41,788 nucleotides of DNA from an uncultured Bdellovibrionales bacterium (GCA_964496065.1 CAZBXD010000006.1:1-41788); one strand, 5' to 3'; positions 18,874 through 28,957 are shown, counted from the first letter of the stretch. Notes: generated by a model from the letters alone, not told the origin. Translations and numbers: made by a program.

Positions 18874-20471
18874 AGTGCCTCTCCTGTAATTATAACTTCA
18901 GCAACATCTCCTGTTTTTTTAATATCAGAGGCTAGTCCAAATTGCTGAGCATTTTGCGAAACCCCTTGAACGGTTTTATCAACAGACAGATCGCCAGGCA
19001 GTTTTATGCCTCTAACATCTCTTCCTGGAAAGCGAGTTTTCAAACGAGCGATAAAGGACTCTGTTTCACGAACATTCAAAGCAGTATCACGCGGGGCTGG
19101 GAACTCAATTCCAATTGTAATCTTAACCGTTTCTGTTTCTGCTCCGTCACTGCGATGCGCTGATTCAACATCAGGATTTTCTATCTCAAACTGGAGCCGA
19201 TCAAGAGTCATAGAACCAATCAAACTCTCTTTGATCGCCAAAAAACTCTCATTTGGATCAACTGACTTATTTTTAAGAGCACTGAAAACAGAGAGGATAA
19301 CACGTGTTTTTTCTGGATCATATTGCAATACATCAAAAACAGAGGCTGCTTCATCATACTGTTTTTGTAAGGTCAATTTTTGCTTTTTTTGTTCGGCAAT
19401 TTCAACCTGATATTGTTGAATTTCAGAATATTTATAAGCCGCATAAGCGCCTAAACCAAACATTAAAAAGAATAAGGCGACAACACATGTCCGAGCAACA
19501 AGACGTGCCTTTTGCAATCGATCAACGCGATGCATTGCCAATGGCATCAAATGCTTATATTGTTTACTAACCCAAGCTGCATGCAGAATATCCGCCGAAT
19601 AATCATCGTCATGTATACTTTGAATACGACCAATTTTAAGATCATTAACCGCTTCGCCAACTGTAACCGCTTTAAGATTTGAAACCGGAAGCGCCCCTTC
19701 CTGAAACTGGGAAGATACTTCGGGGCTGGACACAACTATTAAATTGAGGCCATCGGAAGCCGTATACCCAAAGCGCGCTAAGTAGGTCAACGTTGCTGAA
19801 AATTCTTTAATCATTTCATTGGCAGGGATATGTGCTGGTTCATTGAGATATTTTTGGCCCACAGGGGTCAACCGAGTTAACGCAAGCTCTCCATTACGTG
19901 TGACGATTTGTCGGATCCCGCCTGTTTTGTGATGGCCAATCAAAATAGTCCATTTTGGGGCTGCATCTTTTTTTGTTTTGAAATAATGTTGTGACAGTTT
20001 TTTTATGATTGATGTGCCTTCCATGGGTAAAAGCATCATCCCAGCAATTGTAACATTAGATTCTAGAACAGCTGTAACGACCATATCAACTTCTTGAGTT
20101 GAAGGAAGTGCTGCAAACAAATAAACAGCTCCCTTCCCCTCTTTTGGTTTTTGCTTAAGAGGCAGAAAAGCACGTACATCATGATTGGGATAAACCATAC
20201 GAACCTTACGCTTAACAACACGCCGTTTATCAAATGGATTAATCGGTGGAATTGTCTCCTTACGATACTGTTGCTCAGCAACATCAAAAATCAATTGAAC
20301 TGGAATGTTACGGCCAACATCAACAATTGACTTTTTAAGACTATTAACAAAATCACTCTCGCCCCAGGCAAGGGTAAAGACTTCTCTAATTACCCTTCCC
20401 TTGGAGGTGTAATGAACAATCCCATCATTACCAATGATGATTGTTTGTTTATGTGATGACAAAATACTCAT
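18870..20471 (-). CDS. PilM-PilN fusion-like (GspL/MshI-like) alignment protein
   Basis: About 320-aa cytoplasmic domain, TM helix (CVVALFFLMFGLGAYAAY), coiled coil and periplasmic domain. Confidence 0.6.
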   Translation of the reverse strand: MSILSSHKQTIIIGNDGIVHYTSKGRVIREVFTLAWGESDFVNSLKKSIVDVGRNIPVQLIFDVAEQQYRKETIPPINPFDKRRVVKRKVRMVYPNHDVRAFLPLKQKPKEGKGAVYLFAALPSTQEVDMVVTAVLESNVTIAGMMLLPMEGTSIIKKLSQHYFKTKKDAAPKWTILIGHHKTGGIRQIVTRNGELALTRLTPVGQKYLNEPAHIPANEMIKEFSATLTYLARFGYTASDGLNLIVVSSPEVSSQFQEGALPVSNLKAVTVGEAVNDLKIGRIQSIHDDDYSADILHAAWVSKQYKHLMPLAMHRVDRLQKARLVARTCVVALFFLMFGLGAYAAYKYSEIQQYQVEIAEQKKQKLTLQKQYDEAASVFDVLQYDPEKTRVILSVFSALKNKSVDPNESFLAIKESLIGSMTLDRLQFEIENPDVESAHRSDGAETETVKITIGIEFPAPRDTALNVRETESFIARLKTRFPGRDVRGIKLPGDLSVDKTVQGVSQNAQQFGLASDIKKTGDVAEVIITGEAL

Positions 20472-20480
20472 ACTGCCCTC

Positions 20481-21689
20481 TTATTGCCCAACTTCTCCTA
20501 GGATACCGTAAATTGGCCCAAAGACACCAGCCGCAATCCATAAAATAATAAACCCTAAAATAATTGTTAGAGTGGGTGTAATCATACCAATCATGCGTTG
20601 AACTGATTCATCAACATCTTGGTCATAGAATTCACCGACCTGATCCAAAACATGTGTGAGATTACCTGATTCTTCTCCAATTTTTACCATGCGTATAACA
20701 AGAGAGGGGAATTCCCCGCTATTACTCATTGCAGCTGCAATTGACATACCATCTGAAACTTGACGACGGGCACGCTGTAATGCTTCATTAATACACTTAT
20801 TTGATGCTGTTTTTTTTGCCGCATCCATTGCTTTAAGAATTTCCAAACCACTTTTATATAAAGCCCCAAAAGTACGACAGAAACGCGACAAATTAATCTT
20901 ACGAATGACTGATCCAATGACGGGTAATTTAAGGCACAGGTAATCAAATTGATAAGCAAATCCATATGACACTCTATTGAGCGTTTTGATTACAGTGAAA
21001 AGGCCAATTGGAATAATAAAAAACCATGGCCAATTTTCTTGTGAAAAGTCAGATGTTGCAATTAAAGCACGTGTTGCAAGGGGCAGTTCTTGATCAACAT
21101 ATTTGAGAAATCCAACAATCTGCGGCACCGTAAAAAGCATCAAAACTGCAAGAACAATGATAAAGATAATTAAGGTAAAAATTGGATAAGCGAGAGCCTT
21201 GCGCACGCGACGCTTCATCTGATCAGACCACTTCATAAAAACAATAAGCTGCGCGAAAGAATCCGCTAAATTACCGGTTTCTTCACCAGAGGCTGTGATA
21301 GAAACCGTCACCTCATCAAACAAACGAGGGTGGCTTTGCATAGCCTCAGAAAAAGCTTTTCCTTCTGAGACTTCACGATAAATTTCTGACATAATATCTC
21401 GTAATTTATTTGATTCTACACTATCACGCAGATCAGATAGTGCATCAAGTAACGGAACGCCAGAGCGCTGGAGCTGTTCTAAATGAACAAAAAGTTGAAT
21501 CATGTCACGGGCTTTAATCCCCGACATAAAGGGTAAGCTATAACTAGAACTACGAGCAGCTTTACAATCAAGTAATTCTAAACCGGTCACCTTTAACTGC
21601 TGATAAAGATCTGTTTCATTGGCCGCAGACAAAGTTCCACGAACTGGACGTCCTTCAGCATTTAGGGCACGATAATTATATTTTTTCAT
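20481..21689 (-). CDS. pilC: Type IV pilus platform protein PilC/GspF/MshG
   Basis: YNYRALNAEG, SGVPLLDAL, GEETGNL, ALAYP, GEESGNL. Confidence 0.93.
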   Translation of the reverse strand: MKKYNYRALNAEGRPVRGTLSAANETDLYQQLKVTGLELLDCKAARSSSYSLPFMSGIKARDMIQLFVHLEQLQRSGVPLLDALSDLRDSVESNKLRDIMSEIYREVSEGKAFSEAMQSHPRLFDEVTVSITASGEETGNLADSFAQLIVFMKWSDQMKRRVRKALAYPIFTLIIFIIVLAVLMLFTVPQIVGFLKYVDQELPLATRALIATSDFSQENWPWFFIIPIGLFTVIKTLNRVSYGFAYQFDYLCLKLPVIGSVIRKINLSRFCRTFGALYKSGLEILKAMDAAKKTASNKCINEALQRARRQVSDGMSIAAAMSNSGEFPSLVIRMVKIGEESGNLTHVLDQVGEFYDQDVDESVQRMIGMITPTLTIILGFIILWIAAGVFGPIYGILGEVGQ

Positions 21690-21701
21690 CCCTAACCAAC
21701 C

Positions 21702-23561
21702 CTATCTTAGACGATCCAACAAATTGACTGATTTCATCAAGGCTTCAATACTTGTGACACCTGCTAACACTTTTTCAACACCGTCATCCGCCATTGACTT
21801 AAACCCTTTCTTCAAAGCTGCCGCTTTTAATTCAGATCGATGACCATTGTTAGCGACAATATCATCAAGTTCTTCATCAAATGCTAAAATTTCGACGACC
21901 GCTGTTCGCCCCTTATAGCCAGTATTTTCACATTTAAGACACCCTTTAGGATGGCCAATTATTGGTGGATTGGTCGTATCGACACCCAAAATTTCACACT
22001 CTTCAGCCGTTGCTGGCTTCATTTCCTTACAATCACAGAGGCGCCGAACAAGGCGCTGCGCAAAAGAAGCAATCACTGCCCCTGCAATCATCCCGGGTTT
22101 TAGCTTCAAATCGAGCAAACGTGGGATTGCACCAAAGGAGTCATTTGTATGCAAAGTGGTAAAAACTTTATGACCTGTCATTGATGCTTTGAGCGCTTGT
22201 TCTGCTGTGGGCTCATCCCGAATCTCACCGATAAAAATAATATCAGGATCTTGACGTAAAAGCGCTTTTACCCCATTAGCAAAACTCACTCCAGTTCCCT
22301 CACGCACCGCTGTTTGACGAATCAAAGGAAGACTATACTCTACTGGATCTTCGAGGGTCATGATATTAACCTCTGGATCATTGACAGCATTAATCATGGA
22401 ATATAATGACGTTGTCTTCCCCGATCCGGTTGGGCCTGTGACAATAATAATTCCTTCGGGGCGTTTTAAGACCCGCTGGATTTTCTCCATATTATGCTTA
22501 GAAAAACCAAGATCCTCTAATTTCATGATACCAGTACTTTTGTCCAAAACCCTGAGAACAAAATTTTCCCCATGAACAGTAGGTAAAGAAGAAACCCTAA
22601 AATCGGCAACGCGACCACCAACAGTTAGGTTAAAACGACCATCTTGTGGGTTATGTTTGTCTGCAATATTCATTTCAGAAATAATTTTCATCCGCTGCGC
22701 CATCGCATTCCAATAATCTTTATGAAATGTTTGCACTTCTTTCAAAACACCATCAATGCGTACGCGCAGACGAACAAATTGCTCTTCTGGTTCAAAATGT
22801 AAGTCTGATGCTCCCATTTTAACTGCGTCATAGACGAGCGCATTGATCAAGCGCACAATTGGGTGAGAATATCCCTCATCTTCCGGGATATTTGTCAGAT
22901 CAACTTCACCAGATTCCAATTCACGCAAAATGGCATCAACAGATGTTGCATAGCCATAGGCGTTATCTATTGATTCTGCCAGGATTTTAGGCGAACAAAG
23001 ATAAGGATTAATTTTAACACCACGAGGAAAATATTGACGCAGCTTATCTTGCACGACAACATCATGGGGATCCGCCATCGCAATATTAACTTTTTTATCA
23101 TCAAAACTAATGGGCAGAATTTGAAAGCGGGATGCAACTTCTTTGGGAACCTTCTCAACCGCCTCTGGATCAACCATGGTCACAGCAGGATCAAACTGCT
23201 CAAACCCTGAGGATTCAGCAAGGAAAGACTGTAAAAAACTTGAATTGACAAAACCCAGGCTAACTAGCTGGTCACCGAGCATTTTACCAGTGCGGCCTTT
23301 TTCTTTTAGCGCAACATTAAGCTGATCTTCAGTGATAATTCCTGACTCAACCAATTGTTCACCAAGACGCATTGGCAATGACGAAACACCAGAGCCTTCG
23401 GCCTCTTCTTCCTTCTTGAGAGGAGGAATATCAGCCATATCGGGCTGAGATTGTGGTGGGGATGCTTCCTGCTCCTCTATCTCAACAGACAAAGGGGCCA
23501 TATCGCCCTCATCCGGATTGAGAGGCATATCATCGCTATCAAAATAGTCTTTATCCGACAT
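21702..23561 (-). CDS. pilB: Pilus extension ATPase PilB/MshE with MshEN-like N-domain
   Basis: RLGEQLVESG...LGDQLVSLG, ASDLHFEP, PQDGRF, GPTGSGKTT, LRQDPDIIFIGEIRD, TGHKVFTTLHTND. Confidence 0.95.
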   Translation of the reverse strand: MSDKDYFDSDDMPLNPDEGDMAPLSVEIEEQEASPPQSQPDMADIPPLKKEEEAEGSGVSSLPMRLGEQLVESGIITEDQLNVALKEKGRTGKMLGDQLVSLGFVNSSFLQSFLAESSGFEQFDPAVTMVDPEAVEKVPKEVASRFQILPISFDDKKVNIAMADPHDVVVQDKLRQYFPRGVKINPYLCSPKILAESIDNAYGYATSVDAILRELESGEVDLTNIPEDEGYSHPIVRLINALVYDAVKMGASDLHFEPEEQFVRLRVRIDGVLKEVQTFHKDYWNAMAQRMKIISEMNIADKHNPQDGRFNLTVGGRVADFRVSSLPTVHGENFVLRVLDKSTGIMKLEDLGFSKHNMEKIQRVLKRPEGIIIVTGPTGSGKTTSLYSMINAVNDPEVNIMTLEDPVEYSLPLIRQTAVREGTGVSFANGVKALLRQDPDIIFIGEIRDEPTAEQALKASMTGHKVFTTLHTNDSFGAIPRLLDLKLKPGMIAGAVIASFAQRLVRRLCDCKEMKPATAEECEILGVDTTNPPIIGHPKGCLKCENTGYKGRTAVVEILAFDEELDDIVANNGHRSELKAAALKKGFKSMADDGVEKVLAGVTSIEALMKSVNLLDRLR

Positions 23562-23688
23562 TTATCCAAAATTCTTTTATCTAAAAAACCACCGAAGAAT
23601 CCCATATGGAACATGGTACGGCACCCTCTCCAAGATATCACCGCGTTACAAATAAAACGTTAATTATCGATAGAAAAACAAAGATTCT

Positions 23689-24618
23689 TTAAGGTAGCGC
23701 ACAGGTGTTCGTGCCAAGCTCTGACATCAGGGAATCTTGCGTACGCCACAAGACAATATCATCAAAATAAGTGTTCCCTTCTCTTAAGACTTCTATCGTA
23801 TCAACAAAGTTGACATCCCCATTCATATTTTCAGTTTCGCTAATGCCAAACAAATCCGTTTGGGTGAATTTAGCCGTTGGGTCGATTGTGCTGCCAACTA
23901 AAAATTTACCATACCGGTTTGATCCGTGACTGATAAGAATATAAACGGCTGTCAGTGCGTTCCCTGGGGTTGCATCAACGCTGTCCATATTTCCTTGATC
24001 GGATGTTCTAGTTGGGCTTATTGCTGTACCACCAACATCATCGACAACAAGATCGGTGTTAATAGCAAAATAGAAAGTTGATGGACAACAAAAACGTGCT
24101 TTATCTGGGCTAACATTACTACCGCCATTAATCCAATTGTCGCTGCGACAGCTATCGTGAATAGTATTCCCACCACCATTTTGATTGGTAAAAGCTGGGG
24201 ACACTCGATAGGTGAAGTAACTCCCATACCCATCAATCACATCTTCCTGGCGTATCCCTAACGTACGAAATGGAACAATCCCTTCCGCTTGGGCTACTGT
24301 ACAACTCCCCTGACTTTGGCCATCCGTGCCACTGCCTAACTCCGCGCCAAATGGCTCAGGCGAGGCATCATCAGGACTAGCCGGGCAGGGAATCCGATTA
24401 TTACGCAAAGCAAAAGAACTCATGGCGTTAGCAACCTTTTGCATCCGTTCTTTTGTCTCCGCAGTACGAATATTTTGATCCAGCGGCCTAAAGAAAGACA
24501 GCGCACCCCCAACAAGCAAACCAATAATCGCCAAAACAATTGCCATTTCGACAAGAGTAAAGCCTGATTGTTTTATATTATCTCGTTTATTACACATTGT
24601 GCGATGAATCTCCCTCAT
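23689..24618 (-). CDS. Type IV prepilin-like protein (minor pilin)
   Basis: KQSG|FTLVEMAIVLAIIGLLVGG; start may be ATG 24597. Confidence 0.9.
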   Translation of the reverse strand: MREIHRTMCNKRDNIKQSGFTLVEMAIVLAIIGLLVGGALSFFRPLDQNIRTAETKERMQKVANAMSSFALRNNRIPCPASPDDASPEPFGAELGSGTDGQSQGSCTVAQAEGIVPFRTLGIRQEDVIDGYGSYFTYRVSPAFTNQNGGGNTIHDSCRSDNWINGGSNVSPDKARFCCPSTFYFAINTDLVVDDVGGTAISPTRTSDQGNMDSVDATPGNALTAVYILISHGSNRYGKFLVGSTIDPTAKFTQTDLFGISETENMNGDVNFVDTIEVLREGNTYFDDIVLWRTQDSLMSELGTNTCALP

Positions 24619-24676
24619 TTGAAAGATATGACACCTTAGCCTAGTAAAGGTAAAGATTTTTTTTAAGTCTCTGGCT

Positions 24677-24701
24677 AAAAATAAGAGCGCCTAAGCGCTC
24701 T
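24677..24701 (-). terminator. Rho-independent terminator
   Basis: Minus strand AGAGCGC-TTAG-GCGCTCT then TATTTTT, just after the 24724 stop. Confidence 0.7.
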
Positions 24702-24723
24702 CACTATATAATCTGATTGTGAT

Positions 24724-26250
24724 TTATGGGGTTTGACACGATAAGCTGCCAAATTCACCATAGATTTGATCTTGGGTTCGCCACATTACAATATCATCGT
24801 AATAAGTTGTGTCTCTGCTGCTGTCTGGCATTTGATAAACATATGTTCTATCACCATCGCTATTTGATGCTTCAGATACGCCAAATCCATCGCCTACTGT
24901 TGCTGATATATTAATGCGATTACCAGAGGCATTTGCCTGGTAAGCGCCATGAGCATTGCGACCATGGCTTATTAAGGCAAAAGCTGGCACAAAAATATCA
25001 CTTTCAACACTTCCGGAAACCTTAATATCCTTATCATCATAATTAACAACCGAACGATCCCCTAGGACAATGCGATCCCCACTAGCATCTACAATTTGTA
25101 AATCTGTGCCAGGACCATAAGCCATATCATGGGACATTGGGCAACAAAAACGGGCTTTTGCTGGGTTGACATTAACCGGATTAAGCCCATCTTGACTAAT
25201 ATCTGCATATTTAACTTCTGGCAGACTAAAAATATCATACGACATTTTCTCACCAGGGCCATCAAAGGTCAAAATTCGAACTTTATATATTTTATCAACG
25301 CCTGGAACTTCAAAAGGTGCTTTATATGAAGAATGACCTTCCAAAGTATCTGGGTTAAAAACAAAATGTGTCCACCCTTTATGTTGAGACCCATCTTCGT
25401 CCGGTTGGACGTGTTCATCAACCCATTCTTGCGTTAAATCGACAGAAACCTCAACATAATCATCTGGGCCACCATCTGGGCTCCCCCAAAACTGAAATGT
25501 TAGATTTGTTCCAACCTCTTCCTCAAGTTCTGTTAATTTAATAGTAAAACTCTCTGCCGGGTGATCAAAGTTAATGATTGGATCTTCTCCTGGTCGAATA
25601 CCACGATAACCACCATATCCACTCCCATCAGTGACAACACCAACACTGTCTCTATATTGCTGATACGCAAGATTGTTATCAAGTGTAAGACTGACATTAC
25701 CGTCCGGGCTGGTAAGTTCTGTTTTCTTCTCATTAATATTGCTAAAATTACTATTTAGAGCCCAATATGGCATTGCATCAGGCGTTGGAGGGCCTTCTGG
25801 GTTAAAAGGATCAGTAATCCAGTCCTCAGAACGGCAAAATTCATGGACCTGGTTATGATCATTATCCGGTACATCCGCTGCATTAATTGCAAAAGCAGGA
25901 CTAACATGATAGGTGATGAAATTGCCCCAAGAATCGCGAACTTCATTTTCTTTCAAACCCAAGGCTCGAAATGGAACAACTCCAACAACATCGGCACCCG
26001 TACACGATGCACGCTCAGCCCCAAACTGAGAAGTCGCTGCTGGATCTGCTGGACAAGGGAGACGATTATTCTTGTGCACATAACTGGCCAAACGATCATT
26101 AATTTTTTCCATCTGGCGCTCAGTATTTTGTTTCTCAACTTTTTTGATAATCGGTTTTGCAGCCGCCAAGCCACCGCCCATAATCATCGCAGAAACACTC
26201 AAAACGACAGCCATTTCTATCATAGAAAAACCATTTATGGGTTTAAGCAT
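24724..26250 (-). CDS. Large type IV prepilin-like protein with an inserted beta-rich domain
   Basis: KPING|FSMIEMAVVL; paralogous to both neighbours but with about 210 extra residues between CRSEDWI and NVNPAKARFCCP. Confidence 0.88.
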   Translation of the reverse strand: MLKPINGFSMIEMAVVLSVSAMIMGGGLAAAKPIIKKVEKQNTERQMEKINDRLASYVHKNNRLPCPADPAATSQFGAERASCTGADVVGVVPFRALGLKENEVRDSWGNFITYHVSPAFAINAADVPDNDHNQVHEFCRSEDWITDPFNPEGPPTPDAMPYWALNSNFSNINEKKTELTSPDGNVSLTLDNNLAYQQYRDSVGVVTDGSGYGGYRGIRPGEDPIINFDHPAESFTIKLTELEEEVGTNLTFQFWGSPDGGPDDYVEVSVDLTQEWVDEHVQPDEDGSQHKGWTHFVFNPDTLEGHSSYKAPFEVPGVDKIYKVRILTFDGPGEKMSYDIFSLPEVKYADISQDGLNPVNVNPAKARFCCPMSHDMAYGPGTDLQIVDASGDRIVLGDRSVVNYDDKDIKVSGSVESDIFVPAFALISHGRNAHGAYQANASGNRINISATVGDGFGVSEASNSDGDRTYVYQMPDSSRDTTYYDDIVMWRTQDQIYGEFGSLSCQTP

Positions 26251-27236
26251 GTGTCATCTCCAAATTCAGTATAGAATTGATGTTGTGTGCGCCATACAAG
26301 AATATCGTCAAAATAGCTGTTATTGTCTTGAGTGCTATAATCACTAAGGACAAACACGTTGTCCCCATCTTGATTTTCTGTCTCACTATCGCCTGCTTGT
26401 GCAGAAATCGGAAAACGCGTTGCCGGGCCGTTACCATCAAAAGCACCATAGGTATTGGCGCCATGACTGATAAGAACAAAAGCAATCGCCTCATTTAATA
26501 AAACTTCTGGGTTAAGTGTTGGGTCTACCTCATCAATATCCGCAACCGGAGTATCAACATCATCATATTGCGTGTTATCAATTGAACGGATTCCAGTCCA
26601 TATTGCGTTACCATCAGCATCATTTATGACGATATCAGTCGTTGGATAGTAATTACTTGCAGGCGAAGGACCGCGCGGTGGACAACAAAAACGGGCTTTC
26701 GCAGGGTTTAAATTAACACTTGCTGATGCTGTTTGGGCATACCAATGGATATTGCGGCATGCCAGATGAACATTATTATATTCAGCCGGATCTAAACCAC
26801 CGCCAACTGTGTCTGTATTCAGAGAAAAAACCGGGCTAATACGATAGGTGATCAAGCGATCCCACCCATCCGTTACATCTTCTTGGGTTATCCCTAGTGT
26901 CATGAAAGGAATAATTCCCTCAACATCAGATCCAAAACAAGTTGTATTCGGATTGGCACCATTGGCGCCACTGCCAAATTCATAGCCAAAAGGCTCTGTC
27001 CCAGAGCCATCCGGACGTGCTGGGCATGGTAAACGATTATTTTTTAATGCAAATGCCGCCAACCTATCTACAACCTTTTCTAGCTTTTCTTGGGTACTTA
27101 CAACCCGCATCCTCTCCAAATTTGGCAGGATTAGATGCATCAAAAACCCAATTACAATACCAACGATAATGAGGACCACGCCCAGTTCAATGAGTGTAAA
27201 TCCAGCATTCTTATCTTTATTATCCATTATAATCAT
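26235..27236 (-). CDS. Type IV prepilin-like protein (minor pilin)
   Basis: KNAG|FTLIELGVVLIIVGIVIG; LPCPA, ARFCCP, LISHG motifs; start may be ATG 27227. Confidence 0.9.
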   Translation of the reverse strand: MIIMDNKDKNAGFTLIELGVVLIIVGIVIGFLMHLILPNLERMRVVSTQEKLEKVVDRLAAFALKNNRLPCPARPDGSGTEPFGYEFGSGANGANPNTTCFGSDVEGIIPFMTLGITQEDVTDGWDRLITYRISPVFSLNTDTVGGGLDPAEYNNVHLACRNIHWYAQTASASVNLNPAKARFCCPPRGPSPASNYYPTTDIVINDADGNAIWTGIRSIDNTQYDDVDTPVADIDEVDPTLNPEVLLNEAIAFVLISHGANTYGAFDGNGPATRFPISAQAGDSETENQDGDNVFVLSDYSTQDNNSYFDDILVWRTQHQFYTEFGDDTCLNP

Positions 27237-27267
27237 TAATTTACCATAAATTTTATGAAAATTCCAC

Positions 27268-27282
27268 TTAAAAACACTTTAA
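27268..27282. promoter_or_regulatory. Putative CtrA box
   Basis: Exact TTAA-AAACACT-TTAA upstream of the 26235..27236 pilin; AT-rich context lowers confidence. Confidence 0.4.
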
Positions 27283-27286
27283 ATAT

Positions 27287-27314
27287 AAAAAAAGGCTGCA
27301 ATATGCAGCCTTTT
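27287..27314 (-). terminator. Rho-independent terminator after candidate major pilin
   Basis: AAAAGGCTGCA-TAT-TGCAGCCTTTTTTT on the minus strand. Confidence 0.85.
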
Positions 27315-27334
27315 CAATACGTTAATATGGTTAA

Positions 27335-28063
27335 TTATCCCTGAATTTGGAAGAAAAGATTGCAATCTTTAACTTCGGATTGCTCATCATAAGCAGCTCC
27401 TTGGCAGGTTGTTGTTACACCATGGCCGATTACGCCACCTGTGTCAGGTTCACCGTCATCAATACGGCGGTCAATCTGTGCTGCACGCACCGGAGAAAGC
27501 GGGTTAGCACCAGATACAGTGGCAGGCGCTGCATCAACAGCTGTTTGTAATGAAACAAAAGTTCCAATTGCACCACGATCAGTGCCTGTACCGCCATTAC
27601 CGTGCCCCGCATGGAAACCACCACCAAGACGTGCCGCAGGATGCGTTTCAGCCCACACAGGACCATCGGCTCTATTTGTTGTTACACCTGAAATTAAATC
27701 CGCAAGAAGAAGATGAAGCCAAAACTGTGATGCCTCAGTTGTCAAACCTGATTGATCACTTCCTAAGCCACCTGTAGCACCGACAATTGCATTTCCGTTT
27801 CCGTTTACACAATCCGTCCCATCACATCCTGGTATACGATCTTCTGCAGTCGCCATATCGCCTGGAAGGGCATCATATGTATCACGGAAAGTTGTTGTTG
27901 CTGACTCATACGCCTTGACCTGTGAAATAACAGATGTAATACGAGCATTTTCAATTAACTCTTGTCCACGCAAGACACCACCAATCAAAAGACCGATGAT
28001 CATCATAACAACGGCTAATTCTACCAACGTAAAACCGCCCTGGTTTCTATTTTGTTTCAGCAT
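27335..28063 (-). CDS. Type IV prepilin (candidate major pilin of cluster 2)
   Basis: MLKQNRNQGG|FTLVELAVVMMIIGLLIGGVLRGQELIENAR; GGAG RBS before ATG 28063; two Cys pairs; own terminator. Confidence 0.92.
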   Translation of the reverse strand: MLKQNRNQGGFTLVELAVVMMIIGLLIGGVLRGQELIENARITSVISQVKAYESATTTFRDTYDALPGDMATAEDRIPGCDGTDCVNGNGNAIVGATGGLGSDQSGLTTEASQFWLHLLLADLISGVTTNRADGPVWAETHPAARLGGGFHAGHGNGGTGTDRGAIGTFVSLQTAVDAAPATVSGANPLSPVRAAQIDRRIDDGEPDTGGVIGHGVTTTCQGAAYDEQSEVKDCNLFFQIQG

Positions 28064-28204
28064 TAAATAACTCCAATTTATTATATAGTAAGGAAAGAAA
28101 TATCTCTGACGAAGAAGCGTTAAACATAGCTTCATACTAATATAGGCATGAATATGCCATCATTTCAATAAAGAGAATATTAAAATCATTGAATAATTTC
28201 GATT

Positions 28205-28957
28205 TTAGGAACAAAAACTCATATAAATGTTATTTTGTGACAGAATATCTGGGGCAATTGCCAATTTTTCCTCGAGATACCAACACATATAATTAATCTC
28301 ATTTACTTTTAATGTCCGGTCAGTTGCCATAATGGTAGTTATGATATCCATTGCTGCTTTTTCTTCCCCAACTTTTGCCAAGACAAAAGCTGGCATTTTC
28401 TTAGTCCATATCGGGAGGTCATCACCTTCCATTGCTGCAAGCTCATAGGCAAGTTTGAGAGCTAAATCTTGATCTTCAAGTTTAAATCGGCTTAAAAAAA
28501 CTGCCTGCGCAAGCCATCGCCACTTTTCATGAGATCGATCAAACCCAACCGCAGCTAAATAATCAACGATGTATTGAAGACGCGACGGATCGTCTATACC
28601 GGCAAAATAATAAGCCGCTAAATTTGGGATATAATTTGAAACAGGGTCAAATTCGGTTGCCAGCCAAAGCCATTGTTCAAGTTTCTGATAATCAAAACTC
28701 TTTAATGGCACGCTTTGGCCACCAGTATCCCCAAAATTTTGGATTTTTAGACTGAGCGTCCGGTAAGCAAGCTGTTTTTCACCTATATATTGTATCAGAA
28801 CATGGTTATTTGACGGAACATTGGGTATATTATGCCATGCAATTCTTAAATCCCGTTGATAAAACCAAAAACAAATTGTTGCCAGCACCATAGCTAAAAA
28901 GACTATAGAATGCCTCCAAACTTGATAAATAGATTTTTGCTGAGATTTGATAAACAC
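28205..28957 (-). CDS. Membrane-anchored helical (TPR-like) periplasmic protein, Myxococcus PilG-like
   Basis: N-terminal TM helix then helical repeats (WLATEFDP...AAYYF); abuts the ABC permease gene. Confidence 0.5.
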   Translation of the reverse strand: MFIKSQQKSIYQVWRHSIVFLAMVLATICFWFYQRDLRIAWHNIPNVPSNNHVLIQYIGEKQLAYRTLSLKIQNFGDTGGQSVPLKSFDYQKLEQWLWLATEFDPVSNYIPNLAAYYFAGIDDPSRLQYIVDYLAAVGFDRSHEKWRWLAQAVFLSRFKLEDQDLALKLAYELAAMEGDDLPIWTKKMPAFVLAKVGEEKAAMDIITTIMATDRTLKVNEINYMCWYLEEKLAIAPDILSQNNIYMSFCS

